Assembly: GCF_000018105.1 (NCBI RefSeq)
Contig: NC_009925.1
Coordinates: 5,280,001 to 5,312,000 of the forward strand
Origin: Acaryochloris marina MBIC11017
Lineage (GTDB): Bacteria > Cyanobacteriota > Cyanobacteriia > Thermosynechococcales > Thermosynechococcaceae
Direction of reading: 5' to 3'
DNA: 32,000 bases
Shown: positions 17,948 through 26,761 of the stretch, piece after piece
How the letters are laid out: each line of letters opens with the position of its first letter
How positions within the stretch are numbered: the first letter of the stretch is position 1
Position numbers and translations under genes: made by a program
The notes under the pieces: model-generated
The model's database searches: none
Told to the model about the DNA's origin: nothing
The model's input: only the letters and a program-made list of their open reading frames with translations

Positions 17948-17959
17948 GCGGGAAGGGAG
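17948..17959. repeat. IS630 right terminal inverted repeat
   Basis: GCGGGAAGGGAG followed by TA. Confidence 0.8.
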
Positions 17960-18012
17960 TAATTTCCTAAACTAGTAGCAACGAAGGGGCAGACGTCGGA
18001 AGGGCAAGGATC

Positions 18013-18828
18013 ATGAAGCTAAACTATCGACAAATTTTGCTAGGGTCCTTTAGTTGGCCCAGATTGATTCTGGCTCCTTTGCTGATCTACGTTTGCGTTG
18101 GGCTGTACGTCTTTTTCAGGGCAGACAGCATGATTTTTCTGCCCCAGCCCGCCAGTTATCGAGATACAGACGAGGTCCTAAAGCTCCCCGTCAATGACCA
18201 AGAGCAGATCTCGGCCCTCTACTTTCCCAATCCCCAGGCGACCTTTACGTTGCTGTATATCCACGGCAATGCCGAAGATTTGGGAGATATTCGCCCTCGA
18301 CTAGAACAGCTCCAACAGTCTGGCCTCAGCGTGTTTGCCTACGATTACCGAGGCTATGGCACCAGTGATGGACAGCCCAGTGAAAGCAATGCTTACCAGG
18401 ATGCGAAACAAGCCTATACCTATCTAACCCAGGAGTTGGGGGTAAAGCCCCAGCGGTTGTTAGTCCAGGGGCGCTCCCTGGGGGGCGGATCTGCCGTCTA
18501 TTTGGCGACCCAATATCCTGTGGCAGGGGTGATTTTAGAAAGCACATTTACATCAATCTTTCGAGTGGTGGTGCCCATCCCGATTTTTCCCTTCGATAAG
18601 TTCACCAGTCTGGATAGACTAAAGCAAGTCAAAGCTCCTGTATTGGTGATGCATGGAGAAAACGATCAGGTGATTCCCATTGACCATGGTAGGCAGCTGT
18701 TTGAAGCAGCGTCTGGACCCAAGCGATCCTTGTGGGTGGCAGGAGCAGGTCACAATAATTTTCCTCAAGTCGCTGGTGAGCGGTATTTCCAGGTGTTGAA
18801 AGAGTTTCAACAGCTCGTTCTGGACTAA
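18013..18828 (+). CDS. Alpha/beta hydrolase (membrane-anchored, S9/S33-like)
   Basis: 271-aa ORF with an N-terminal TM, nucleophile elbow GRSLGGG, VLVMHGENDQVIP and a GAGHNN histidine region. Confidence 0.85.
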   Translation: MKLNYRQILLGSFSWPRLILAPLLIYVCVGLYVFFRADSMIFLPQPASYRDTDEVLKLPVNDQEQISALYFPNPQATFTLLYIHGNAEDLGDIRPRLEQLQQSGLSVFAYDYRGYGTSDGQPSESNAYQDAKQAYTYLTQELGVKPQRLLVQGRSLGGGSAVYLATQYPVAGVILESTFTSIFRVVVPIPIFPFDKFTSLDRLKQVKAPVLVMHGENDQVIPIDHGRQLFEAASGPKRSLWVAGAGHNNFPQVAGERYFQVLKEFQQLVLD

Positions 18829-19064
18829 GTAGCAGTGCAGCACATCGAAACCTTCGGTTTATTTATCCCTTTGACGTCAATGCTCGGGGGTGGATCCGTT
18901 GGTTTCAGGGTAAAAATGGGGCAGACTGACGGGGTATCGATGGGGCTCCAAATCAGAACTAAGCCTGAGAAAGCATCTATTTGGTGGTACGGTGGGGAAT
19001 CTTTAATCAGATCAGGCTATTGGTTTCAAGCCGGTTTACCCCATAGAGAGAGGAAATACCAATT

Positions 19065-20249
19065 GTGCATCAGCAAAGAATTCTGTGGGTACAAGTCTTT
19101 GCCCTAGCTCTAGTGCAAGGGGCAATTGTATTGATGTGGGTGATCTACAACCTTTATCTGGGAAAACTGCTGGGTGAGTTTGGATTTACCTCTGTATTTA
19201 TCACGGGTGTCTTACTGCTGGAAAACGGTCTGGCGATGCTGATGGAACCCCTAATGGGAAACTATTCTGACCGCGCCCAACGCTGGCTAGGCAGTCGATT
19301 TCCATTTATTGCCGCAGGGGTGATTTTGGCATCGGGATTACTGATGGCGACGGCGATGCTGGTCACCTTTGGTCAGCCAGAGGGAATCTTTCGCTGGCTT
19401 TTACCGATATTACTCGTGACCTGGGCCATTTCCATGACGGTGTTTCGCAGTCCAGCTCTGTCCTTGCTGAGCCGCTATGCCTTTGGTAGTGGTTTACCGC
19501 AAGCGGCAAGTGTATTGACCGTAATGGGGGCGATTGCTGGGGCAATGGGGCCTTTGGCCAATAAATATATTCTGGAGTTAGGGCCAGGGATTGCCTTTGG
19601 CCTAGCGTCACTCATTTTGCTAGGGGCTGCGGCCATTCTCAGGTCTGTCAATACAGAGGTGAAGATGCCCCATCAACCTTCTGGCGTTGGGGCTCGTCCA
19701 TCCATCAGAAATTTAGCCCTGGTGTTTACAGTGGGATGGGGCACCTCGTTGGGGTTTCGATTATTGATGACGACGTTTCCCAAAATCCTCAAAACCATTC
19801 CAGGCCAAAATGTAGGCCTAACAATGGGCATAATCTTTATTGCCTTGGGGATAACGGCCATTCCAGCGGGAACGGTGGCTCGTAAACTGGGGAATCGTCA
19901 AGCCATTCTCTTAGGATTACTGGGATTAGCCCTAACGTTAGTCGTGATGAATGGGGTAGGCCAGACTTGGGCAGCGGTGGGCGTAGCGATAGCCGTTGGT
20001 ACCTGTTTGAGTTTGGTGAATAATGGCACGTTGCCCTTTGCCCTATCGATGGTGCCTGCCCAGAAAGCGGGATTGGGAACCGGGATGTTTTTTAGTGGTG
20101 GAGCCTTGTCTGCCAGTTTATTCGGGGCTTTTTTCCAACAGCCAGATGCGCTGTCCCCCTTAGTGATGACGACTGTCGCGATTGTTAGTTTTGGGGTAGC
20201 GATGATTGCGATCGCATCTAGCAAGCCCCCCTCTCTACCATCGACATAA
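19065..20249 (+). CDS. MFS transporter
   Basis: 394-aa ORF with about 12 hydrophobic segments. GTG start, with the purine-rich GAGAGAGG about 11 nt upstream. Substrate unknown. Confidence 0.75.
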   Translation: MHQQRILWVQVFALALVQGAIVLMWVIYNLYLGKLLGEFGFTSVFITGVLLLENGLAMLMEPLMGNYSDRAQRWLGSRFPFIAAGVILASGLLMATAMLVTFGQPEGIFRWLLPILLVTWAISMTVFRSPALSLLSRYAFGSGLPQAASVLTVMGAIAGAMGPLANKYILELGPGIAFGLASLILLGAAAILRSVNTEVKMPHQPSGVGARPSIRNLALVFTVGWGTSLGFRLLMTTFPKILKTIPGQNVGLTMGIIFIALGITAIPAGTVARKLGNRQAILLGLLGLALTLVVMNGVGQTWAAVGVAIAVGTCLSLVNNGTLPFALSMVPAQKAGLGTGMFFSGGALSASLFGAFFQQPDALSPLVMTTVAIVSFGVAMIAIASSKPPSLPST

Positions 20250-21797
20250 ATTGGGACCCGAATTTTCCAGTTCAATCACCCGAAAATCCAGCAAATACAT
20301 CTCCCAATTGCGACGAGGCGTTTGCCATTCAGGATCCTGAACAATGTTGGGGCTGTCGTAGGTTTGCCCCTGATATTCAAACACAACAGGTACAGTCTGA
20401 CCCGCTTGGGTCCAGTCGTAAATCATTTTCTTGAACTCAACCACGGGGAGGGCACTGCCCTCTAGCTCTGCATTTTTTGGATCCATGTCTACCACTTCTG
20501 GTGGCAAGTTCAAGATCCAGACCACATCTTCTTGATAGCCCCAGCGTTTGAGGGGATTGGTGGCTAGCAGTAAATGGTTGGAGCGGGGGCCTTCGGTGCG
20601 GAGATTGCTGAACATGGAGAAGGTTCCTGCGGTGCGAAGTCCTAGATAGGGCATCAGGCCGAAGCAGCAAAGCCCAATCAAAAACACCGCCATAAATTTG
20701 GGCATGGAGGCATTGAGCACGGGGAGTCCTTGCCAAGCAGGTCTATCTTTAGGGGTAAAGACCTGGGTGAGTATCGGCCAAAGGAAAATGACTGAAGCAA
20801 GGTTAAAGATGGCCCCAGCGATAACTTTGATGTCGAAATCCAAATAGGCAAGGTAATACAGGGCAGAGAATAGACCTGCCATCACATTGAGGCCAAAATA
20901 CAGGTGTGCTCGGTGAATCTGCCGTCCCCTCAAGGAGATCTCGGATTGCTCTTGCCAAAGTTGAAGGTAGCGATCGGGAATAAAGGTAAAGAGTAGGCTT
21001 CCGGCTAGGGCACTAAAATCGACAAAGCCGATCATGGCGATAAAGGCATGCATTAGCCAGGAGAGCAGCAGAATCGGAGCCTGCAATCTGGGCACAAATA
21101 GCAAGAGACTCCCCAACAATTCCCAAGCGAGAACGAAGTAGATATTCGTATGCAAGATTAGGTCGGGTAGTAGGACGTAATCTTGATAGGCAAAGCCAAA
21201 ATAGTAAAGCAGAATGCCGCCACAGGTGAGTAAAGCGAGCAGCAGGATTTTTGGGAGTTTTGAGGATTGGAGTCTGTGGCGAATCAGTCCCTGCCAAAGT
21301 CCAAACAAGGCCAGGGCAATCACGATAGCCATAACTGGAATACCCAGGAGATTGGATTGGATCATATCCAAAATCCGATACAGCATCATGCTGGAGCAGG
21401 ACACTTGGGGATTGAGAAAGTCGGTGTTGAGTTTGTGGAATCCAGCCCAGAAGTAAACGCCAAGCAAGGAGGCTCTAAGGAGGGGACGCATCATGGCGTA
21501 GTAGCTTTCTGCGCTGGCCTGTTTGAACCAGGCGTAGACCATGCCTGCCATCAAAGCGAGGTTGAGGTAAATCAGGAAGTTGACGTGGTTGGCGACGTCA
21601 GGGAAGCGAAAAATTAGGAAATAGGCAGTAGAGAGGACCAGGAAGGCAAAAAACTTGATCCGGGTTATGCGGGTGAAGACGAAGACGGTGAGTAATGCCA
21701 AAAAAGCGAGGGCAAAGCCGGGAGCTTTCCACTTTTCCTGCATTTCTAGCAGGAAAGCGGTCATGTAGAGGAGGGTGAAGATGGAGAACGAACTCAT
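20235..21797 (-). CDS. Polytopic membrane protein of unknown function with soluble C-terminal domain (possibly HTTM/VKGC-like)
   Basis: 520-aa ORF with many TM segments. The stretch GLRTAGTFSMFSNLRTEGPRSNHLL loosely recalls HTTM-domain proteins. The family call is tentative. Confidence 0.65.
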   Translation of the reverse strand: MSSFSIFTLLYMTAFLLEMQEKWKAPGFALAFLALLTVFVFTRITRIKFFAFLVLSTAYFLIFRFPDVANHVNFLIYLNLALMAGMVYAWFKQASAESYYAMMRPLLRASLLGVYFWAGFHKLNTDFLNPQVSCSSMMLYRILDMIQSNLLGIPVMAIVIALALFGLWQGLIRHRLQSSKLPKILLLALLTCGGILLYYFGFAYQDYVLLPDLILHTNIYFVLAWELLGSLLLFVPRLQAPILLLSWLMHAFIAMIGFVDFSALAGSLLFTFIPDRYLQLWQEQSEISLRGRQIHRAHLYFGLNVMAGLFSALYYLAYLDFDIKVIAGAIFNLASVIFLWPILTQVFTPKDRPAWQGLPVLNASMPKFMAVFLIGLCCFGLMPYLGLRTAGTFSMFSNLRTEGPRSNHLLLATNPLKRWGYQEDVVWILNLPPEVVDMDPKNAELEGSALPVVEFKKMIYDWTQAGQTVPVVFEYQGQTYDSPNIVQDPEWQTPRRNWEMYLLDFRVIELENSGPNLCRW

Positions 21798-21910
21798 CGG
21801 TTGGCTTGTTGATTACTGTGTTCCCCCGTGGTGATGTTGTCAGCTATCGCGGCTGAGCATTCGCTATCTTTCCAAAATAAACTTGATTGTCGAAAGAGCA
21901 GTTTTTATGC

Positions 21911-21921
21911 CTTAGTATATT
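21911..21921. repeat. Left copy of 11-bp direct repeat CTTAGTATATT bracketing the AIPR gene
   Basis: Identical 11-mer at 21911-21921 and 23973-23983, both inside the AT-rich flanks. Confidence 0.35.
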
Positions 21922-22092
21922 GGCTGAGGAGCATCCTAAGCATGGCAAAGCAATTGATAGCTACTTTGACACAAGTACTGAATAACAAGCTATTTAAGAA
22001 AACTGAACTGTAGGTGTTCAACCTGTTAATCCAGCCTCAGGAAATATTAGATTATTGAGAATCTCATAAAGAGGCTCAATGTAGCCAATAAA

Positions 22093-22116
22093 AGCTAAGT
22101 CCTTAGCTAAGTCCTT
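22093..22116. repeat. Tandem duplication of a 12-mer (AGCTAAGTCCTT x2) just 3' of the AIPR stop; may double as a weak terminator
   Basis: Read directly. On the minus-strand RNA it gives GCUAAGGACUUAGC followed by UUUUAUU. Confidence 0.5.
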
Positions 22117-22123
22117 ATGGCTC

Positions 22124-23854
22124 CTAATTTTTCTTCAATCTTTTTATCATTAAAGCCTTCAACTCATTAGTATGCAGAGTTCTTTTTAATCTATCTTTTG
22201 TGGCCCATCCACCTTCTTCAATAACGCTTTTACATATTTCATAGTATTCAAGATGCTCATCACGTGGCTTATTTAAAGCTTCAATTATTTTGGTGAAATA
22301 TTTATTAATTCGCCTGGAATTTACTTCAGGCACTTTCTGATTGCCATTAATAGCATATTTTAACAACATAAGTGTATGCCATCTATATTTTCCATAGTTT
22401 CCTGGGAGCTTCTTGCTATTAAAAAGTCTAACAAATTTATATAAAGCTAATGTTGAACAGTAGTATGTTATTTCATTTTGATTATCTTCAAAAAGCCTAT
22501 CCCCCGACTGTTCAAATATCTGTGTTGGGTAGCTAGATGCAGTATGTGGAATTTCTAAGAACATTGAAGCAAATGCACGCGCAACTGTTCTTATGTCAAA
22601 TATCTTTGTGTCATTAATAGTTTTCCCTGCATATTGATTTTCTCTTCTCTCAAAATATATAACTGAATCAGACTCGCTTTCATCATTCCAACTATTAAAA
22701 TAGCTTTCGACTGATTTTGATTTTGCCTTTAAAGATAGAAATTTTTCATTAGAGACATAACTCTGATTATTTGTCGCTTCAACAATTTTATTAACTATTT
22801 CTGGGTTATCTACTTCGATTACTTTTGCTGTAATCATTGTATTTTCACCTAAGTAGTTTTTGTTCCTATATAAAACATGGCTACTTTGACACCCATTAAC
22901 AATTTGATAGTTTGATAAACTAATTGAATCACTTTGTACTCTCACATCAGGTGATACTATAGTTATTCCATTATTTAATAGTGCAAAATATTCTTTGAAT
23001 TTTTCATTTGATAAAGTTTCTTTTATCTTCATATTTACATCATTACATTCCCCAAGATATGCTCGAACATTTTCATCAAATATTCCGCTTCGCATTTTCC
23101 CGTCTTCTCCTTCAAGTAAAGACTCCACATAATTCTTGGCTGGGATAATAGCGATATAGGATTCTTCTACTTCTTTCATTTCATTATATGAGACATATCC
23201 TTTAACTTTTACTATTGCTTCAACAGGCTGATGAATTGAAATCCATATTTTAATTAATTCATCACGATCTACTTTGCTACAAACTACTTGCTCAAAAACT
23301 CCAATGCCTCTAATTTTTCTGCGAGAAGTTTTGAGAGATGCTTCCAGCTCTGTCTCATTATTCCAAACACCTGTAGTCACATAATATGTGTATGCATTTG
23401 GCTTGCCATTTTTTACTTTATCAACATTTTCAATTATAGATGCAAAAATCTTTGTAGCCTCAGCCAGAATTTCATCTTGGGGGAACTCTGGTTCTTCAGA
23501 TGAGAAATCAAAGACTCCTTCACTAAAACTAATGATATCTCTTTTTTCAAATGAATCAGAGGTTTTAGACTGAATAAAAACAATATCAATTTCGATGCTC
23601 TTTTTATGAGTTTGAAATAGAGACTCAATTTCTTCAGTAGTAGTTATCAACTCTCCGTCGGCAATAATCGCAATACCATCAATCCCAGCATCTTCCTCGG
23701 TAGTAGTTACATCAGAAACATCAAACTTCCCTGAGAAAAATCGACTTACAATACAATAATTAACGAACATTTCAAATTGTTTTGAAATATCTGGCTCTTC
23801 AATCCCTTTTGTCTCTAAGAACTTCTTTAAATGTGTTTTGATAATTCGATGCAT
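22124..23854 (-). CDS. AIPR-family (abortive infection phage resistance-like) protein
   Basis: I prefer ATG 23854 (MHRIIKTHLKKF...), which has GGAGG 6 nt upstream. The track starts at a TTG inside that SD. Motifs I associate with Pfam AIPR: FEMFVNYCIV...EEDAGIDGIAIIADGELI near the N-terminus, and NVRAYLG...FALLNNGITIVS...YQIVNGCQSSHVLY centrally. About 30% G+C. Confidence 0.8.
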   Translation of the reverse strand: MHRIIKTHLKKFLETKGIEEPDISKQFEMFVNYCIVSRFFSGKFDVSDVTTTEEDAGIDGIAIIADGELITTTEEIESLFQTHKKSIEIDIVFIQSKTSDSFEKRDIISFSEGVFDFSSEEPEFPQDEILAEATKIFASIIENVDKVKNGKPNAYTYYVTTGVWNNETELEASLKTSRRKIRGIGVFEQVVCSKVDRDELIKIWISIHQPVEAIVKVKGYVSYNEMKEVEESYIAIIPAKNYVESLLEGEDGKMRSGIFDENVRAYLGECNDVNMKIKETLSNEKFKEYFALLNNGITIVSPDVRVQSDSISLSNYQIVNGCQSSHVLYRNKNYLGENTMITAKVIEVDNPEIVNKIVEATNNQSYVSNEKFLSLKAKSKSVESYFNSWNDESESDSVIYFERRENQYAGKTINDTKIFDIRTVARAFASMFLEIPHTASSYPTQIFEQSGDRLFEDNQNEITYYCSTLALYKFVRLFNSKKLPGNYGKYRWHTLMLLKYAINGNQKVPEVNSRRINKYFTKIIEALNKPRDEHLEYYEICKSVIEEGGWATKDRLKRTLHTNELKALMIKRLKKN

Positions 23855-23972
23855 TTCCCCCTCCAATTTATATGCAATTGTTTTTTGATAGCTAGAATTT
23901 AGATTTTAATATTTTTGTATTTACTGAGCTGTACTCACAAGATGTTTATTGTATGCCAAACACATTTGCAAG

Positions 23973-23983
23973 CTTAGTATATT
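23973..23983. repeat. Right copy of 11-bp direct repeat CTTAGTATATT
   Basis: See the left copy. Confidence 0.35.
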
Positions 23984-24193
23984 ACCACTTATTTTGATTT
24001 TATTTTAAAAATAGCAAGCGAAATATAATTCTAATTTACCTATAGCCTGAAATAAAATCACTCTTTTTTAGCTCCATGTCAATACTAAACATAATGAATA
24101 CCAAGGTAATATATCTAGCTATGTATTGAAGAACAAAGAAAAAACAATTCATGTCAGATTATATAACTCTGCATATAGAATGCATATTTTGAG

Positions 24194-25087
24194 ATGCTTT
24201 CCTCATTTGCTTGCAGACCGCTAGGTTTATTTATTGGCTTATCCACGCTGGATATAATTTATCTCGCCTCTGGTCCTCCCCAAGCCAACCAAAAACTAGT
24301 TGCCCTAGATAGCCTAATTTCAGCAGGCGGTCCTGCCACTAACGCCGCTGCCACCTTCGCCCATCTCGGCAATTCCGCCCATCTCCTCTCTGCCATGGGC
24401 CAACATCCCATTACCCAACTGATGCGATCTGACCTCGCCAGCGTCAGCCCATCCATCCTCCATACCGACCTCACCCCCACACAAACTCAATCCCCTCCCG
24501 TCTCCTCCATCGTGGTCACCCAAACCACCGGAGAACGCGCCGTCATCTCCCTCAATGCCCAACGCCAAATCGCCCAGCCTGACCAAATTCCCCAGGATCT
24601 ACGGAAAAAGCTCACCACCACCGATATTATTCTGATGGACGGTCATCAAATCCCCGTCAGCCTCGCCATTGCTCAACAAGCCACCAATATTCCCACCGTC
24701 CTAGATGGGGGCAGTTGGAAACCTAGCCTAGAAAACCTGCTGCCCTATATCAATTACGCCATTTGCTCCACTGACTTCCATCCCCCCGGCTGTGAGGACA
24801 CCCAAGCCACAGTGGAGTACTTAAAACAGACCTTACCAGACCCCGCTCATATTGCTATTACCCAGGGCGATCAGCCCATTCTCTACTGGGATGATACCGA
24901 AGGAGGGTCCGTACCCCTCCCGCAAATTACCCCCGTTGATACCTTAGGGGCAGGCGATATCTTTCACGGTGCTTTTTGCCACTTTATCTTGGGCAGCGAT
25001 TTCCCCCAGGCTTTAGCCCAGGCTGCTCATGTCGCATCAACCGCTTGTCAGTTCTTTGGCACTCGGGCTTGGATGCAATCCTATTAA
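24194..25087 (+). CDS. PfkB-family carbohydrate kinase (ribokinase-like)
   Basis: 297-aa ORF with N-terminal GLSTLDIIY and the C-terminal PfkB signature VDTLGAGDIFHGAF. Confidence 0.85.
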   Translation: MLSSFACRPLGLFIGLSTLDIIYLASGPPQANQKLVALDSLISAGGPATNAAATFAHLGNSAHLLSAMGQHPITQLMRSDLASVSPSILHTDLTPTQTQSPPVSSIVVTQTTGERAVISLNAQRQIAQPDQIPQDLRKKLTTTDIILMDGHQIPVSLAIAQQATNIPTVLDGGSWKPSLENLLPYINYAICSTDFHPPGCEDTQATVEYLKQTLPDPAHIAITQGDQPILYWDDTEGGSVPLPQITPVDTLGAGDIFHGAFCHFILGSDFPQALAQAAHVASTACQFFGTRAWMQSY

Positions 25088-25151
25088 ACTGGGCACCCTT
25101 TGGGCATAACTCCGGTCTATAGGATTAGACATTCTCCTCCCCCTACAAAGC

Positions 25152-26051
25152 ATGAAGCAGATAACGTTTAGACTTGGGCAACTTCTTTTGATGGGGGTGG
25201 TTTCCCTTAGCTTTGATCTGCCGATAGCTTCGGTGCGATCGCAACCTGCATCCCAAACCGCAACCGTCCAGTTTCCCCAAGCCGACAAAAACCAGCTCAC
25301 TCAGCTTCTCCAGCAAGCTCCTCAACTCCAACAACAGCCTTGGCCGCAACTCCTCCAAACCCTGGCCGCCAAATTCGAAGGAGCCACCTACAAAGGGGGA
25401 CTACTGGATCAAAGCCCCAAAGAAGAACTAGTCCTCTCCCTCAGCCAGTTCGACTGTGTCCTCTTTGTCGAAACTGTCCTCGCCATTGCCCGCACCCTAA
25501 CCGTAGAGAACCCGTCTCCCCAAGTCTTTAGCAATGCCGTTCAGACTCAACGCTATCGCCAAGGACAAATGCAAGGCTATTGTAGTCGCCTCCATTATTT
25601 CTCTGATTGGATTGCCGATAATCAGCGACGCGGATTAGTCGAAAATATTACCCCCGCCCTGGGGGGCATCCCCCTCAACAAATCCCTCAACTTTATGAGC
25701 CAGCATCGCCAGAGCTACCCACAACTCCAGAACCAAGCCAACTGGCAATGCATCCAGGCCGTGGAGACTCGGTTGCAGGCCTTGCCCTTGCACTATATTC
25801 CCCAAGCCCAAATCAGAAAGATTGAATCGTCTCTAAAGCCGGGAGATATTATTGCCGTGGCTACAGCAGTTCCAGGTTTAGATGTCACCCATACGGGCCT
25901 GGTTTACCAAACGCCTAATCAAACCAAAGGACTGATTCATGCCTCTCCTGGCGGTAGCGTCCGTATTGCCTCGGATTTAGCCACCTACGTTGCCAATGTC
26001 GATCAATCCATTGGGATTATTGTGGCTCGCCCTCAAAATCCCCAGCAATAA
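25152..26051 (+). CDS. Secreted DUF1460-like (amidase-like) protein
   Basis: 299-aa ORF with a signal-like N-terminus. LVLSLSQFDCVLFVETVLAIAR and GLIHASPGG resemble the DUF1460 / N-acetylmuramoyl-L-alanine amidase-like family as I remember it. Confidence 0.5.
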   Translation: MKQITFRLGQLLLMGVVSLSFDLPIASVRSQPASQTATVQFPQADKNQLTQLLQQAPQLQQQPWPQLLQTLAAKFEGATYKGGLLDQSPKEELVLSLSQFDCVLFVETVLAIARTLTVENPSPQVFSNAVQTQRYRQGQMQGYCSRLHYFSDWIADNQRRGLVENITPALGGIPLNKSLNFMSQHRQSYPQLQNQANWQCIQAVETRLQALPLHYIPQAQIRKIESSLKPGDIIAVATAVPGLDVTHTGLVYQTPNQTKGLIHASPGGSVRIASDLATYVANVDQSIGIIVARPQNPQQ

Positions 26052-26159
26052 ATGAAATTAGGGTAAATCTCTGAAAACGCTAGTGAGCGTGGGATTAGGT
26101 CTGTGATCCGAAAGGTTGTGATTTTTCAGCGGGAGTGAGATTGTAAAAAAGTCCGCTCA

Positions 26160-26759
26160 ATGTTCGCTATGTTACCTAAGAAGTTTATCCCTCTGTTTTG
26201 TGCTGCGATCGCACTCGTCTTTTTTGCCAGTTGTTCCACCTCAACCCCCACGAGTACAGCCCCTAGCTCTGCTCCCCAAGACGAGACTGTCGCTGCAGCG
26301 GAACCCTTAACCGTCGCCCTCGCGATTCTTGCTCCTACAGAAGGCAATCAGGTCAGTGGATCGGTTAAATTTCGGCAAATAGAGGATAAAGTCACCATAG
26401 CTGTGAACCTGAAAGGATTGCAGCCTGACTCAGTCCATGCTTGGCATATCCACGAGTTCGGCGATGCTTCTAGTCTAGATGGCAAAGCCATGGGCGGTCA
26501 CTACAACCCGGAAGGAAAGCCCCACGGACTCCCCAATAATCCTGAACGTCATGCAGGGGATTTAGGGAACCTCAAGGCCGATAGTCGAGGGGAAGTGATA
26601 AGAGAAATTAACGTCAATAACATCACTATCAATGGTCCCAAGAATCCTATCCTAGGACGGGGGATGATTATCCATGCTGAGACGGATGATGGTGGTCAAC
26701 CCACAGGCAATGCTGGCAGCCGAATTGCCCAAGGTGTGATTGGCCTACCCAAAGCCTAA
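26160..26759 (+). CDS. sodC: Cu/Zn superoxide dismutase, probable lipoprotein
   Basis: HAWHIHEFGD, GGHYNP, HAGDLGN and IIHAETDD are the copper/zinc ligand motifs. The N-terminus ALVFFASCSTS is lipobox-like. Confidence 0.9.
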   Translation: MFAMLPKKFIPLFCAAIALVFFASCSTSTPTSTAPSSAPQDETVAAAEPLTVALAILAPTEGNQVSGSVKFRQIEDKVTIAVNLKGLQPDSVHAWHIHEFGDASSLDGKAMGGHYNPEGKPHGLPNNPERHAGDLGNLKADSRGEVIREINVNNITINGPKNPILGRGMIIHAETDDGGQPTGNAGSRIAQGVIGLPKA

Positions 26760-26761
26760 CA

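Larger units (their letters stand above)
16799..17959 (+). mobile_element. IS630-family insertion sequence with TA target-site duplication
   Basis: Terminal inverted repeats CTCCCTTCCCGC (16799-16810) and GCGGGAAGGGAG (17948-17959), each flanked by TA (16797-16798 and 17960-17961). Inside are an HTH orfA and a DDE orfB. It is inserted in the intergenic region between the pentapeptide gene and a hydrolase gene. Confidence 0.85.

Noticed and set aside
18835-19107. 90-aa ORF, and a possible TPP-riboswitch-like element (GCCTGAGAAAGC ... AATCAGATCAGGCTATTGG) upstream of the MFS transporter
   Set aside because: The CUGAGA box is present, but the rest does not match the THI-element consensus as I remember it (no ACCC...GAACCUGAUCUGGAUAAUGCCAGCG core or matching helices). 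The ORF has no supporting features. An Infernal scan with RF00059 would settle it.
21828-22013. 61-aa GTG-initiated ORF in the left flank of the AIPR islet, as a possible partner gene
   Set aside because: It has no SD and no motif, and it spans the composition boundary. Only a 23-aa ATG-initiated tail (MAKQLIATLTQVLNNKLFKKTEL) lies in the AT-rich part. That is too weak to call, though conservation next to AIPR genes would change this.
25037-25358. Two minus-strand ORFs (87 and 71 aa) between the kinase and the DUF1460-like gene
   Set aside because: They overlap the 3' end of the PfkB gene and the signal-peptide region of the next gene on the opposite strand. Their Arg/Leu-rich translations are typical of antisense artefacts.
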